Below are positions 16,114 to 26,157 of a stretch of 40,629 nt of DNA, one piece after another (within the stretch, counting starts at the first letter, position 1; every line of letters starts with the position of its first letter). The notes under the pieces were generated by a model. The model made no database searches, was not told the DNA's origin, and was given only the letters and a program-made list of their open reading frames with translations. Made by a program: the position numbers and the translations under genes. Source of the stretch: a virus (lineage: Duplodnaviria; Caudoviricetes); the IMG/VR virus record IMGVR_UViG_3300044477_000284, positions 1 to 40,629 of that record. One strand, written 5' to 3'.

Positions 16114-17694
16114 ATGCGCAAGACGTCGCTGGATTTCACGAACTTTCCCCAGGCTTTTGCCGACATTCGGTCGGATTACGACGCTGCGCACAATTCGCGT
16201 TTTCGTCGCGAGTTGAAAGGGTTGGCGCCTCTGGGTTCCGGCGCCGACTTCCATGTGCGGAATGAGCGGGACATTTATTACATCATGGAGCTGGCTCGGT
16301 ACCTGGACCGGAACGATCCGTTTGGCGGTGTTCTGGTGAACACGGCGGTTCGCAATACGCTTCAGGATGGCATGGATCCCGATCCTCAGACCGGGAGAGA
16401 CGATGTCAACACGGCGTTGACCGAGATGTGGTGGGAGTGGAGCGAAGATCCCTACCAGGTGGATATTGCGGGGAAACACGATTTTCGGAAGTTTACCAGT
16501 CTGGCGCTGCGCCACTGGCTTGTGGACGGGGATTCGGTGTTTCTGGCTCTCGAGGGGGGGCGTTTGCAGCATATCGAGGGTCATCGGATTCGGACCCCGA
16601 ACCGGACCAAGAAAAACGTCTTCTGCGGGATTCTTCGCGACCAGTACGGGCGGCCTCTTGAGTGCTGGGTGACGAAGAAAGACGACATGTACAACCGTTA
16701 CGGCTCTCTTCTGGTGGATGATGTGGAGTGTTATCCCTTCCTGGACAAGGAGGGGAATCTTCAGGTTTTCCATGTTTACGACGCGACCCGGAGCAGCCAG
16801 ACGCGGGGTGTTTCGGCGTTCGCGCCGGTGTTCGATGTGACGCTGATGGTGGGGGACGTTCGGTTTGCGACGCTGGTCCAGGCGCAGGCGGTGAGCAGTT
16901 ATGTGTTGATCCGGACGCGGATGCTGGAAGGGGTGCCTCTGGATGCGTCCCGTCCGAATTCGGAGACTTCCCAGAATGAGGATGGGAGCACGTTGTCCCT
17001 GGAGAGTATCGGTCCGGGGATGATTTTCGAGGGGGCTCCCGGCGAGACACTCAACGGTTTTTCGCCGAACATCCCGAATCCGGAGCATATCCCATATATC
17101 AAGTCCCTGCTTCAACAGATCAGCATCAATCTGGGGGTTCCGATGTGTGTGGTGCTTCTGGACGGGAGCGAGACGAATTTCAGCGGTTTTCGCGGGGCGA
17201 TAGACCAGGCGAAGATCGGCTGGCGGCAGAATCAGGAAACGCTGATGCGGACGTTTCTGCGTCCGGTTTACCGGTGGAAGGTGCGTGAGTTTATCCGGAA
17301 GAGCCCGTTTCTTCGGGATCTTCTGAAGAGCGGGACCCTGACCGAGTCCAAGTTGCTGAATCACTACTGGAAGCGTCCCCGGATGCCGTATATCGAGCCT
17401 CAGAAGGACGCGAACACGGACAAGATTCGGCTGGAGAACAACCTGACGAGTCCTCGGCGGGTGTTTGGGGAGCGTGGGGAAGACTTCGACGATGTGGCGA
17501 AAGAAATTATCGAGGACAAAGCCCGGATCATCACTCTGGCAATCAAGAAAGAGCGGGAGTTGAACAAGGAATTTCCGGGAGCCGAAGTCCATTGGCGCGA
17601 CCTGACCGGGATGAAACCTGTGGTGGTGAAGCCGTTGGAGACTGAATCGAAAGGTTCGAAACCCGGGAATGGAGAAGACAAAGATGCTGCATAA
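16114..17694 (+). CDS. Portal protein (lambda family)
   Basis: ARYLDRND, QTRGVSAFAPV, NFSGFRGA, PYIEPQKD motifs; 526 aa. Confidence 0.92.
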   Translation: MRKTSLDFTNFPQAFADIRSDYDAAHNSRFRRELKGLAPLGSGADFHVRNERDIYYIMELARYLDRNDPFGGVLVNTAVRNTLQDGMDPDPQTGRDDVNTALTEMWWEWSEDPYQVDIAGKHDFRKFTSLALRHWLVDGDSVFLALEGGRLQHIEGHRIRTPNRTKKNVFCGILRDQYGRPLECWVTKKDDMYNRYGSLLVDDVECYPFLDKEGNLQVFHVYDATRSSQTRGVSAFAPVFDVTLMVGDVRFATLVQAQAVSSYVLIRTRMLEGVPLDASRPNSETSQNEDGSTLSLESIGPGMIFEGAPGETLNGFSPNIPNPEHIPYIKSLLQQISINLGVPMCVVLLDGSETNFSGFRGAIDQAKIGWRQNQETLMRTFLRPVYRWKVREFIRKSPFLRDLLKSGTLTESKLLNHYWKRPRMPYIEPQKDANTDKIRLENNLTSPRRVFGERGEDFDDVAKEIIEDKARIITLAIKKERELNKEFPGAEVHWRDLTGMKPVVVKPLETESKGSKPGNGEDKDAA

Positions 17695-19021
17695 CATGGA
17701 AGTCCAGGTGGGGGAAGTTGCCGGTCAGGTGGCGCACCTGGACCAGTTCTTTGGTCCGTGGGCCGTGGAGGAAACGACGTTTTCGGGTCTGTTTTCCTGT
17801 GTGGGGAAGATGAATCTGGCGGCTCATGTGGCCACCTCGCGCGAGCGGGTTCTGTCGTCGTCTCCAGAGCGGTTTTCTCAGAGTGCGAGCGCGGAGTTTT
17901 CTCTGGCTCTGGTGCGGATGACGGGTCCGATGACGAAGTATGGGTCTTCGCTGACCGGTCCGGGGTCTCTGGAGGTGCGCAAGCAGATCCAGAGCGCGAC
18001 GAGGGACCCGGAGGTGGGGGGCATTCTGCTGGTGATTGACAGTCCCGGCGGGTCCGTTCACGGAACGGGGGACCTGGCCGCCGAGGTGGCGAGGGCGGCC
18101 GAGAAGAAGCCGGTCTATGCGTTTATCGAGGACCTGGGGTGTTCGGCGGCTTACTGGGTGGCGAGCCAGGCGACGAAGGTTTATTGCAACGCGTCGGCTC
18201 GAGTGGGTTCGATCGGGACGTTTCTGGTTTTGTACGATTCGAGCGCGATGGCGGAGAAGTCGGGCGTTCGCGCGGTGGTGATTCGCGCGGGTTCGTTCAA
18301 GGGGGCCGGAGTGGACGGGGCTCCGATCACGGAAGAGCAGGAGGCGGAGTTTCAGCGTCTGGTGAACGAGTGCAACGATCAGTTTTTGTCGAGCGTGGCG
18401 TCTGGCCGTCGGGTTTCACGGGAAACGGTGACGGGCTGGGCAGACGGTCGGGCGCACGGGAGTTCGGCGGCGGTGGCAATGGGTCTGGTGGACGCAATCA
18501 GCACCCAGGACGGGGTGCTTGCGGATTTAATCGCGGCCTGTGCGGGCCGGAAATCACAGCGGAAAGGAGGGTCGCGCAGGATGGACGCAGCGACCTTTGC
18601 AGAAATCAAGGGGTCCCTTCCGACGGCCTCGGCGGACTTTATCGTCCGGCAGTTGGAAAAGGGCGCGAGCCTGGAGCAGGTGCAGGGCGCCTTTCAGGCG
18701 GAGCAGGAATCAAAGATCGTGGCGCTGGAGGCACAGGCGTCGGATCTGAAGGGTCAGATCGTGGCGCTGGAGGCGCAGAACGCAGACCTGAAGGGTCAGA
18801 TCGAGGACCTGAAGAAGGTTCCGAAGGGTCTGGCGCCGGTGGCGTCGGATGGAAGCGTGGACGCGGGCGAGGCGTCGAGCGATCCGGTTTCGGCATGGAA
18901 TACCGCAGTGAAGTCGGAAATGGGGGGCGGCAAGAGCCAGAAGGATGCTGTCCTTTTTCTGGCGCGCGAGCGTCCGGATCTTCACAGGGCTTACCTGGAT
19001 CAGGTCAATCTGAAGCCGTAA
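17684..19021 (+). CDS. S49-family head maturation protease with C-terminal scaffold domain (lambda C/Nu3-like)
   Basis: IDSPGGSV, CSAAYWVAS, VGSIG motifs; C-terminal heptad repeats. Confidence 0.9.
   Translation: MLHNMEVQVGEVAGQVAHLDQFFGPWAVEETTFSGLFSCVGKMNLAAHVATSRERVLSSSPERFSQSASAEFSLALVRMTGPMTKYGSSLTGPGSLEVRKQIQSATRDPEVGGILLVIDSPGGSVHGTGDLAAEVARAAEKKPVYAFIEDLGCSAAYWVASQATKVYCNASARVGSIGTFLVLYDSSAMAEKSGVRAVVIRAGSFKGAGVDGAPITEEQEAEFQRLVNECNDQFLSSVASGRRVSRETVTGWADGRAHGSSAAVAMGLVDAISTQDGVLADLIAACAGRKSQRKGGSRRMDAATFAEIKGSLPTASADFIVRQLEKGASLEQVQGAFQAEQESKIVALEAQASDLKGQIVALEAQNADLKGQIEDLKKVPKGLAPVASDGSVDAGEASSDPVSAWNTAVKSEMGGGKSQKDAVLFLARERPDLHRAYLDQVNLKP
18581..19021 (+). CDS. Nested in-frame scaffolding protein (Nu3-like)
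   Basis: Internal AGGAGG (18565-18570) and in-frame ATG 18581; 42-bp tandem repeat encoding IVALEAQxxDLKGQ. Confidence 0.6.
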   Translation: MDAATFAEIKGSLPTASADFIVRQLEKGASLEQVQGAFQAEQESKIVALEAQASDLKGQIVALEAQNADLKGQIEDLKKVPKGLAPVASDGSVDAGEASSDPVSAWNTAVKSEMGGGKSQKDAVLFLARERPDLHRAYLDQVNLKP

Positions 19022-19049
19022 GGACGGCGCGAGAAAAGGAGAAAGAGCA

Positions 19050-19430
19050 ATGCCGACGGAAAAAAGAGCAGGGGTCATCACGGGAGTCGCCGATGGGGCG
19101 ATTGCCCGTTACACGCGAGTGAAGTACGACTCGAACTGCAAGATCACGACCGCCGTTTTGACGGACGTTGGAATCGGAACCGCGGACAACGACACGGCCG
19201 CCGCAGGGGAATTGCTGGCCGTTCGCCTGAACGACGATCCGGGGACTCGCCTGATGATCGCCGCCGCGGCGATCTCGGCCGGGGTTCCGGTTTATACGGC
19301 GGCTGCGGGTCGCGTTTCGGCGACGGCCGCTTCGACGTCGTTCCGAGTGGGTTGGGCCCTGACAGCCGCGACGGCTGCGGGCGATCTGATCGAGGTGGCT
19401 CCGATGCCGCTGCTTGCGGCGCAGTCGTAA
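19050..19430 (+). CDS. Capsid cement / decoration protein (DUF2190-like)
   Basis: AAISAGVPVYTAAAGRV...VGWALTAATAAGDLIEV; lies before the capsid gene. Confidence 0.8.
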   Translation: MPTEKRAGVITGVADGAIARYTRVKYDSNCKITTAVLTDVGIGTADNDTAAAGELLAVRLNDDPGTRLMIAAAAISAGVPVYTAAAGRVSATAASTSFRVGWALTAATAAGDLIEVAPMPLLAAQS

Positions 19431-19462
19431 CGATCTGAGAAAGAGAGAGGAGGGCATATAAA

Positions 19463-20458
19463 ATGCCGAGAATGAGTGCAGAATCGACCCTGGCGACGTT
19501 GCGCCCGGATCTGGCGGCAATGATGGAGTTCGATGCGGCGGCCAGCCGCCAGGGTTTCATCGGTCTGAAAGTTTTGAAGCCGTTCGAGGTGGCCTCGGCC
19601 AGCGGCGAATACGTTCGCGTTCCTCTGGAGGCTTTTCTCCAGATTCAGGACGGGACGCGCGCCCCTCGGGCGGCCTACGGTCGCGACGACTGGACGTACA
19701 CGAAGGATTCCTACAAGACGCAGGAGTACGGTCTTGAAGGTGTCGTGGACGACAACGAAGCCGCCTGTTTCCGTTCGCAGATCGACCACGAATCCGCGAC
19801 TTTGGCCCGTACGCGCGACAACGTGCTGCGTGCCCAGGAAAAGCGGATCGCGGACAAGGTGTTCAATACGTCCACCTGGACGGGCGCCAGCCTGACGACG
19901 GCGGTCAGCGCTTCGTGGGCGACGACGTCAACGGATGTGATCGCGGACGTGAACGCGGCCCGGAAGAAGATATGGGATCAGACGGGTCTTCTGCCGAACA
20001 CGCTGATCGTGAACTACTGGACGTTCCTGAATCTTCGCCGGAACCTGAAGATCATCGAGCGCCTGGAGGCGTCGGGTGCGGGTCAGCAGGCGACGCAGGC
20101 GCAGGTGACGGCGAATCTGGTGGCGCAGTGTTTCGACCTGGAGGACATCCTGATCGCGGGTTCTCCTTACAACAGCGCGAACCCGGCAGTGGCCGCGGCC
20201 ACCATTGCCTCGATCTGGTCCACCAACCGGGCCATGCTGGCGGTGGTGAGCAATGGGGCTCAGGATGCGGTGGACGCTTGCATCGGTCGGACGTTCCACT
20301 GGGGCGAGGACGGTTCGAACATCGGGGGTCTGGTGGAACAGTACCGCGAGGAACAAGTTCGCGGGTCCATCATCCGGGTGCGCCACCAGGTGGGTGAGAC
20401 GATCATCTACAAGGAGTGCGGGCACCTGCTCACGAACGTGAACGGCGGTACGGACTGA
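19463..20458 (+). CDS. Major capsid protein
   Basis: 331 aa, after protease and cement genes; strong RBS; followed by a stable hairpin. Confidence 0.85.
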   Translation: MPRMSAESTLATLRPDLAAMMEFDAAASRQGFIGLKVLKPFEVASASGEYVRVPLEAFLQIQDGTRAPRAAYGRDDWTYTKDSYKTQEYGLEGVVDDNEAACFRSQIDHESATLARTRDNVLRAQEKRIADKVFNTSTWTGASLTTAVSASWATTSTDVIADVNAARKKIWDQTGLLPNTLIVNYWTFLNLRRNLKIIERLEASGAGQQATQAQVTANLVAQCFDLEDILIAGSPYNSANPAVAAATIASIWSTNRAMLAVVSNGAQDAVDACIGRTFHWGEDGSNIGGLVEQYREEQVRGSIIRVRHQVGETIIYKECGHLLTNVNGGTD

Positions 20459-20471
20459 TCGGTTGTGTGAC

Positions 20472-20498
20472 AGGGGCGGGTTTGAAACCCGCCCCTAC
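20472..20498. repeat. GTAG-type REP-like palindrome after the capsid gene
   Basis: AGGGGCGGGTTT-G-AAACCCGCCCCT-AC; the reverse strand reads GTAGGGGCGGGTTTCAAACCCGCCCC. Confidence 0.75.
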
Positions 20499-20513
20499 GG
20501 AATGGTGTGTGTG

Positions 20514-20882
20514 ATGTCTCTTTTCGATTCCATCGCCCGCGCGAGTTTGAATCCGGCTCTTCTTTCGACGTTTGGAGAGCGGGTGGTTTATCGCCGTGGC
20601 GATGGGGTCGCCTTGAGCATCGAGGCGATTGTGGGGCCGTATGACGGGGAACTGGAGTACCTGGAACGGGGTCGCGAGACGACTGAAACGCGGCGTCTGA
20701 CTGTGCTCCGCGATGCCTACAACGGCATCACGGAGCCCCAGGAGGATGTGGATGAGGTGACGATAAAGGGGGTGCTGTGGCGGGTGAAGAAGGTGGAGTC
20801 CGCCACGGCGACTGGGTTTGTGCTGGTGATCGAGCGGGTTATCCGGGAGTCGGTGAGCGTCCGGGATATTTTCGGGAAGTAA
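20514..20882 (+). CDS. Head-tail adaptor / joining protein
   Basis: FGERVVYR...DEVTIKGVLWRV pattern; position after the capsid gene. Confidence 0.65.
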   Translation: MSLFDSIARASLNPALLSTFGERVVYRRGDGVALSIEAIVGPYDGELEYLERGRETTETRRLTVLRDAYNGITEPQEDVDEVTIKGVLWRVKKVESATATGFVLVIERVIRESVSVRDIFGK

Positions 20883-20891
20883 CGAAGGGGC

Positions 20892-21055
20892 AATGGATAA
20901 TGGACAATGGATAATGGATAGCGAACCGCAACCGAGAAACGCAGGCTCACGCGGAGGCGCGGAGAACCGCGAACTGCAAACGATTTTGGGGAACCGCAAC
21001 CGATACCGATGAACCACGGAAGGCACGGAATACACGGAAACTGAAACTGCGAACT
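20892..21055 (+). repeat. Composite repeat array (A-linker-C-linker-B)
   Basis: aatggataatggacaatggataatggatagcgaaccgc...cacgcggaggcgcggag...aaccacggaaggcacggaatacacggaaa. Confidence 0.85.
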
Positions 21056-21072
21056 ATAAAGGGGTTTGAGGG

Positions 21073-21639
21073 ATGAGCGATACTCCGGGGACTAACCTTT
21101 TTACTGGGCCTTTGTATGGATTGGCGAACCTGTTGGCGCTTTGCCCGACCTGGCAGGGGTTGACCTGGGTGGCGCCTGCTGTTGATCCTTTGGATCCTCT
21201 GGAGGCTCCGATTCCGGATGAGGGGCAACTCTGGGCGGCGGCGATGAACCGGATTCGCCGTTATGATATGGACGTGAATGCTCTTCCACGCCCGTACGCG
21301 TTGATTATGGGGAAGAGCCGGAAACTGAGTACTAATTCGTGTTCGTCTTTTGGGCACTCAGGGGAACTGCTGCTGGGGATTGAGGTGGATTACAACCCGA
21401 TCATAGCCCCGGCTGTGGCTCTTGAGAGTTTTGAACGGACACTGGGGAAACTTGTTCTGGAAATGACGGACATTCAGGGGACGACCAACGCGGTTGTGGG
21501 GGTGAGCGCCCTGGCTGTTTCTTCGATCGAGGTGGATATGCCGGAGGCTTGCAAGCGTCCGATTCAAAAGCGGAATCACTCGGATGCCTGGGATGAATTT
21601 TTGGTGGTCACGATGACGGTGACATACGGAGGAGGTTGA
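21073..21639 (+). CDS. Putative tail terminator / completion protein
   Basis: Position before the tail tube gene; 188 aa ending in a beta strand. Confidence 0.5.
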   Translation: MSDTPGTNLFTGPLYGLANLLALCPTWQGLTWVAPAVDPLDPLEAPIPDEGQLWAAAMNRIRRYDMDVNALPRPYALIMGKSRKLSTNSCSSFGHSGELLLGIEVDYNPIIAPAVALESFERTLGKLVLEMTDIQGTTNAVVGVSALAVSSIEVDMPEACKRPIQKRNHSDAWDEFLVVTMTVTYGGG

Positions 21640-21643
21640 CATT

Positions 21644-22555
21644 ATGGTGGTGAACAATGGTTTTACGCTGTCTGCGGTGAAGGCGGGCGCGACGTTGCTT
21701 CCGCAGGTGCGGAGTACGCGCCTGGCTCCAGACCTGAAGAAGGCTGTGGAGGGGGGGGACGGTTCTCCGTATGCGTCGTTTGTGGGGGTGAACCAGGCGA
21801 ATCCTTCCTTCGCCTTCACGTCCCGGGCGATTTCGATTCTCCTGACGAAAGCCGGTATGTCTGGTTGCGCGACTGCGACGGCGACGCCCCTGGTTTCGTA
21901 CTGGCAGGCAATGATGAATCAGGGCCTGCGCGCGAGCGGGAGCGTTCATGTGAAGTTGCAGATGAACGATGGGTTCCTGTTCCCCGAGAAAGTCTCGGCC
22001 AGCCAGACGGAAGCGACGGTGGACATGAAGTGGCTGGGGATCTCGGACGGGATCAACGATCCCTATGCGGCGACGCTGGCGTCGGCTCTGACGGATTCCC
22101 CGATGGAGACGGAGGAGTTCGTGTGCGGTCCGGTTTACGTGAACGGGACCGCAGTGCCGGGTATCCAGAGTCTGGATGTGGATTTCGGTCTGAACGTGGT
22201 GTGCGAGTATTCGGACGGTCTGGTCTTTCCGACGAAGGTGTGGGTGGAGGTGGTGCGTCCCTCGATCAGTTTCACGACGCTGGAGATGAACTACCAAGAC
22301 ACGGTGAAGTTGCTGGGTCTGCGGGTGACGTCCATCAAGGCGTACCTGCGGAAGATGGCGACGACGTACGCGGCGCGCGTCCCGGACGCCACGGCGCAGC
22401 ATGTGGGGTTCTGGGGGTACGGCGGTCTGCTGGATGCGGATGACGCGAGTGTGTCGCATCCGAGCCGGGGGGCGCTGAAACTGGTGTGGACTCCGCAGTG
22501 GGACGGGACGAACGCGGTGATGGAGATCAAGACGGCGACGGCGATTGCGGCGTAG
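21644..22555 (+). CDS. Putative major tail (tube) protein
   Basis: 303 aa, beta/Thr/Ala-rich; precedes the frameshifting chaperone. Confidence 0.6.
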   Translation: MVVNNGFTLSAVKAGATLLPQVRSTRLAPDLKKAVEGGDGSPYASFVGVNQANPSFAFTSRAISILLTKAGMSGCATATATPLVSYWQAMMNQGLRASGSVHVKLQMNDGFLFPEKVSASQTEATVDMKWLGISDGINDPYAATLASALTDSPMETEEFVCGPVYVNGTAVPGIQSLDVDFGLNVVCEYSDGLVFPTKVWVEVVRPSISFTTLEMNYQDTVKLLGLRVTSIKAYLRKMATTYAARVPDATAQHVGFWGYGGLLDADDASVSHPSRGALKLVWTPQWDGTNAVMEIKTATAIAA

Positions 22556-22562
22556 GGGGCGG

Positions 22563-22689
22563 GGATAATTGATAATTGACAATGGATAATGGATAGCGAA
22601 CCGCGAACCGCCACCGCCCCCGCAACTGCGTGGACTGGGTGGACGAGGTGGACTGAATGGACTGAGTGGACAACATGGACGGGGTGGAA
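22563..22689 (+). repeat. Composite repeat array (A-linker-D x7)
   Basis: gataattgataattgacaatggataatggatagcgaaccgc, then RTGGAC units every 9 bp from 22630. Confidence 0.85.
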
Positions 22690-22703
22690 TGAGGGAGGTG
22701 GGG

Positions 22704-23432
22704 ATGCCTGGATTTTTGTGGGTTTTTGAGAAGGACGGTCTTGTGGAGACTCCGAACGATATGCGGAGTTTCCTGTCTTTTGTGGAGCGTTTTGGCTTGG
22801 ATCGGAAGGTTTTCGAGGGAGGCACAGTGGAGTGCCGCAATGTGCTGCGGGGCCCGGAGGGGATCATGGGGTTCGTTGCGGCGATGTCGCGGCGGGAGGA
22901 TCTTCCGGGGAAGGCGGCGCTGCTGGAGTACAATGAGTCCACTCAGGTGTGGGGCCGGTTCAAGGTGAACGGGAAGCGCTTCTGGATCGGGTATGAGAAG
23001 GAGGGGGGGCTCCCCTCTCCGGACGATCTTCGGAGGGAGTTCTGTCAGGATGGTTACAACCTGACGCTTTCGGACGGGAACAAGTGGCTCTGTCCGGCGG
23101 CGAAGGCTTTGCCGCGGCGTCTGGGGCTGGATCGAGAGACGGGTGAGTTCCGCGAGGTGGTGAAGGGGGAGTTTGTTCCTCTTTGCGAGAAGGCGGATCG
23201 GATTTACGAGGAGGTCCGGGTGAAGGGGGATTCGTCCCTTTCGGCCCAGGAAGCGCATCTTCTGGCGATCGAGTGTCTTCGCCTGAACTATCACGTGGGG
23301 CTTTACGAGATGGAGACGCTGGGTTTTCTTTCGAACTCGGATCGCATGTGGATTATCCGGGCGCTGATTGATTTCGGCCCGGACGAGAAGGAAGAGGAGT
23401 CAAAAAAAAACGGCGAACCGGGCTGTGGTTGA
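22704..23432 (+). CDS. Tail assembly chaperone; predicted -1 frameshift product extends to 23515
   Basis: A9C slippery run at 23402-23411; the -1 frame stays open to TGA 23513-23515, overlapping the next ATG. Confidence 0.65.
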   Translation: MPGFLWVFEKDGLVETPNDMRSFLSFVERFGLDRKVFEGGTVECRNVLRGPEGIMGFVAAMSRREDLPGKAALLEYNESTQVWGRFKVNGKRFWIGYEKEGGLPSPDDLRREFCQDGYNLTLSDGNKWLCPAAKALPRRLGLDRETGEFREVVKGEFVPLCEKADRIYEEVRVKGDSSLSAQEAHLLAIECLRLNYHVGLYEMETLGFLSNSDRMWIIRALIDFGPDEKEEESKKNGEPGCG

Positions 23433-23511
23433 GGGGTTTGCTGAAGGGGTACTGGCCGACGCTGGGAGACCTGGGGTGGATTGATTACTGGCTGGAACGA
23501 ACGGGAGACGG

Positions 23512-24129
23512 ATGATGTCGGATGGTTGGATGATCGAACTTCGTTCGGACCTGGAGCAAATGGGTATCCTTCCGGAGCGGAAATTCAACCAGGCCATGAA
23601 GATTGTTCTGAAAGATGGACTCCTCCACTGGAAAGCGTCCTATATGCGGAAGCATTTCACTTCCGCAGCCTACGGAGCCTATTACGAAGTCTATAAACGG
23701 TTGAAAGTCAAGTTTCGGAAACACCAGGACGAGTCCGGAGTCGAGACAAAAGAGCCGCTTGTTCTGACTGGGAACCTGAGAAACTACATGCTAAATCGCG
23801 GTGAGCAGGTTTCAGGAACCAGCAAACAGGCCAAGATGCGTCTCCGATATGGTCGTCCTCTGATGTCGGATGCGAAGAAGGAACAGGAGATCCGCATCCT
23901 GATCGCGAAGAGCGTCAAAGAGGGGGGGAAGCCTCTCACCTATAAGGAAGCCGAGAGCCAGTTGTATCGAAGTTGGGGGTACGGGAGACGGAACAGGGCG
24001 TATTTTCAGGAAGCAATCTCCGCGACAAATCCGAAGGAAATTCGAGAACTTTGTGAGTTTCACCGGGACGATTACCTGGAGCAGGCGAAAAAACTGGGCG
24101 AGCGCAAGCGGGTCCGGATCACGGGGTGA
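23512..24129 (+). CDS. Putative neck / tail completion protein (basic)
   Basis: PLVLTGNLR motif seen in virion morphogenesis/neck proteins; structural cluster. Confidence 0.5.
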   Translation: MMSDGWMIELRSDLEQMGILPERKFNQAMKIVLKDGLLHWKASYMRKHFTSAAYGAYYEVYKRLKVKFRKHQDESGVETKEPLVLTGNLRNYMLNRGEQVSGTSKQAKMRLRYGRPLMSDAKKEQEIRILIAKSVKEGGKPLTYKEAESQLYRSWGYGRRNRAYFQEAISATNPKEIRELCEFHRDDYLEQAKKLGERKRVRITG

Positions 24130-24135
24130 CAAGGG

Positions 24136-26157
24136 ATGGGTTCTTCTGACGGGACTGTGGTCATCACTCACAATGCTGATTCTTCGCAGATGCGGGCGGA
24201 GTACCAGAAGACTCTTGCTACCCAGGATCAGGTGATTGAAAAACTGAGGGAAGAAGTTCGCGCAGCCAAGGAAACAAGCAAGGAAAAGGAGTTTTATGCA
24301 AGGCAATCCGCCAGAAAACAAGTACAAGACGCGAAGAATTCTTTTAATGAGCAATTGAAAGAAAAAGATAAGGCTACGACTGCGGAAATTCAAAAAGATC
24401 GCATGAAGATGGTAGCCAAAAATCAACTATTGAAGCAGGAAGTGGTTGATTCAAAAATGGCAAACAAGCAGAAATTGGATGATCTAAAATCAGCAAACAA
24501 ACAGGAAGTCTCCGATGCAGTTGCTGCCGAGCGAAAAATTCAAGCTCAAAAGCTTCAAGACAGACGTCATGCTCACAAAGAACAAATAAAATCACTTCTA
24601 GAGAAAGGCGAGGCCGAAAAGAAAGCGGCCTTCACCCTGGTTGAACAATCTCGGGCACACCAAAATGCCCAGTCTCAAGCCGGGAACTGGGTAAAAACAA
24701 ACAAAAAAATCGAGGATTCTTTCAAGATGCTCGCCGCCGGCATTGTTTCGGGCGGCGGTATCGCCGGGGCGATCTACACGACGATCCATCTGGTGGATGA
24801 ATTGGACAATGCGGTCGTGAATTTGAACAAGAAGATGCTCGAACAAACGGAGGGGAAGAAGCGGTTTGCCTCTTCGTTGGGCGTTGGATCTCCACTGACA
24901 ACAGAAACTCGGGTGGCGGTCAAGAGTTCCGCCGCGAATCAGGCTGTCAATCCAGATGATGCCATAGAAGTCGCCCAGTCGTTGTTTGCCTTGAAAGAAG
25001 GGCGCCTGACAAAGGACCAGTTGATTCAGGAAACCGGCTATGTGCTGCAAGGCATGCGCGCCGGCGCCGGTTCGGCAGAACTGATGGACATGGGCGGGAT
25101 GATCCAGGCGAAGGGTGGGCAGATCTGGGAGTCCCCCTATCTCGCGTATCAGGCGGGGAAGGACAGTCATCTCGGAACGAAAGAGATGGTGGAAATGGGT
25201 CGTTCCATGCCTTCCTGGAAGGATTACTGGTTCATGATGGCAGCGGGGGTTCCGATCCGCCAGGCGTTTCCCAAAGAGGCTCCGGCTTATTTGAGCAACG
25301 CCGGATCTGTTTTGAACTTGCCCGATTACCAAAAGGCTTTCGGACGTCTGGGCGTTGGGGGGGCTGACGAGGTGACGAAGATTCTGGCCTTGTCGCGGGC
25401 CGGAATCGACGACCCAGCGGAGATCGCCAATTTCTTCAACATCCAGGATAAAGAGAAGATTCTGGGTCTTTCGAATGTGATAAAAAACGCCCCCCAGACA
25501 CTTTCCCGTCTTGAACGGTGGAAAAAAGAGGCTTCCCCCGATTTTGTAAGGTCGCAGAATGATCGGATCGCCAATTCCGACCCGGGTATCCGATTGGCGG
25601 AGTCTCAACAGAAAGCCCTTTATAAAAAGGAAGTAGAAACAACGGAAGTTCCCTGGGTTGGAGGAAGGACTCAGGCCGAGATCTTATTCAGACAAAGACA
25701 AGCAGCGCAGTTCAGAGGGGCTTGGGGTTTTGGCCCGGCTGCTCTGGTTGGCCTGGACAAAACGGAAGAAACCGGGGAATTGGGTCTTCTTCGTAGATAC
25801 TTGCTTTGGGCTCAAAGAGGGGGGTTTTTCAAAGGGAGAGACGATCTGTATCGTCAAAAGATTGAATCCCTATCCAATGATGGTGTCGCCTCCAGTGGAG
25901 AGTTGAGAGAAGCCATCCAGAATAAAACTGAGGATGTTTCGGCGAAGTTGAGGCGGATGGGGATAGATCCACGGGGGAACGAAGTCGTGCAGGCGGGGAT
26001 TCGCGAAGGAGATCCTCTCTATGTCACAACAAAACAGAATTTAATCGCTGTGAACGAACAGTTAAATGAGTTTGGTAAAAAACTCGGGATCGCGCAAAGG
26101 AACATGACCGATCTTGGAAGGCTTCCTGTTTCTCGAAACGGGGCTGGGATTGAATAA
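24136..26157 (+). CDS. Tape measure protein (short, 673 aa)
   Basis: Long helical/coiled-coil protein downstream of tail tube and chaperone; hydrophobic stretch LAAGIVSGGGIAGAI. Confidence 0.65.
   Translation: MGSSDGTVVITHNADSSQMRAEYQKTLATQDQVIEKLREEVRAAKETSKEKEFYARQSARKQVQDAKNSFNEQLKEKDKATTAEIQKDRMKMVAKNQLLKQEVVDSKMANKQKLDDLKSANKQEVSDAVAAERKIQAQKLQDRRHAHKEQIKSLLEKGEAEKKAAFTLVEQSRAHQNAQSQAGNWVKTNKKIEDSFKMLAAGIVSGGGIAGAIYTTIHLVDELDNAVVNLNKKMLEQTEGKKRFASSLGVGSPLTTETRVAVKSSAANQAVNPDDAIEVAQSLFALKEGRLTKDQLIQETGYVLQGMRAGAGSAELMDMGGMIQAKGGQIWESPYLAYQAGKDSHLGTKEMVEMGRSMPSWKDYWFMMAAGVPIRQAFPKEAPAYLSNAGSVLNLPDYQKAFGRLGVGGADEVTKILALSRAGIDDPAEIANFFNIQDKEKILGLSNVIKNAPQTLSRLERWKKEASPDFVRSQNDRIANSDPGIRLAESQQKALYKKEVETTEVPWVGGRTQAEILFRQRQAAQFRGAWGFGPAALVGLDKTEETGELGLLRRYLLWAQRGGFFKGRDDLYRQKIESLSNDGVASSGELREAIQNKTEDVSAKLRRMGIDPRGNEVVQAGIREGDPLYVTTKQNLIAVNEQLNEFGKKLGIAQRNMTDLGRLPVSRNGAGIE

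Noticed and set aside
20472-20498. REP-associated transposase (RAYT) or IS element
   Set aside because: Only isolated REP-like hairpins are present; no transposase ORF in the window.
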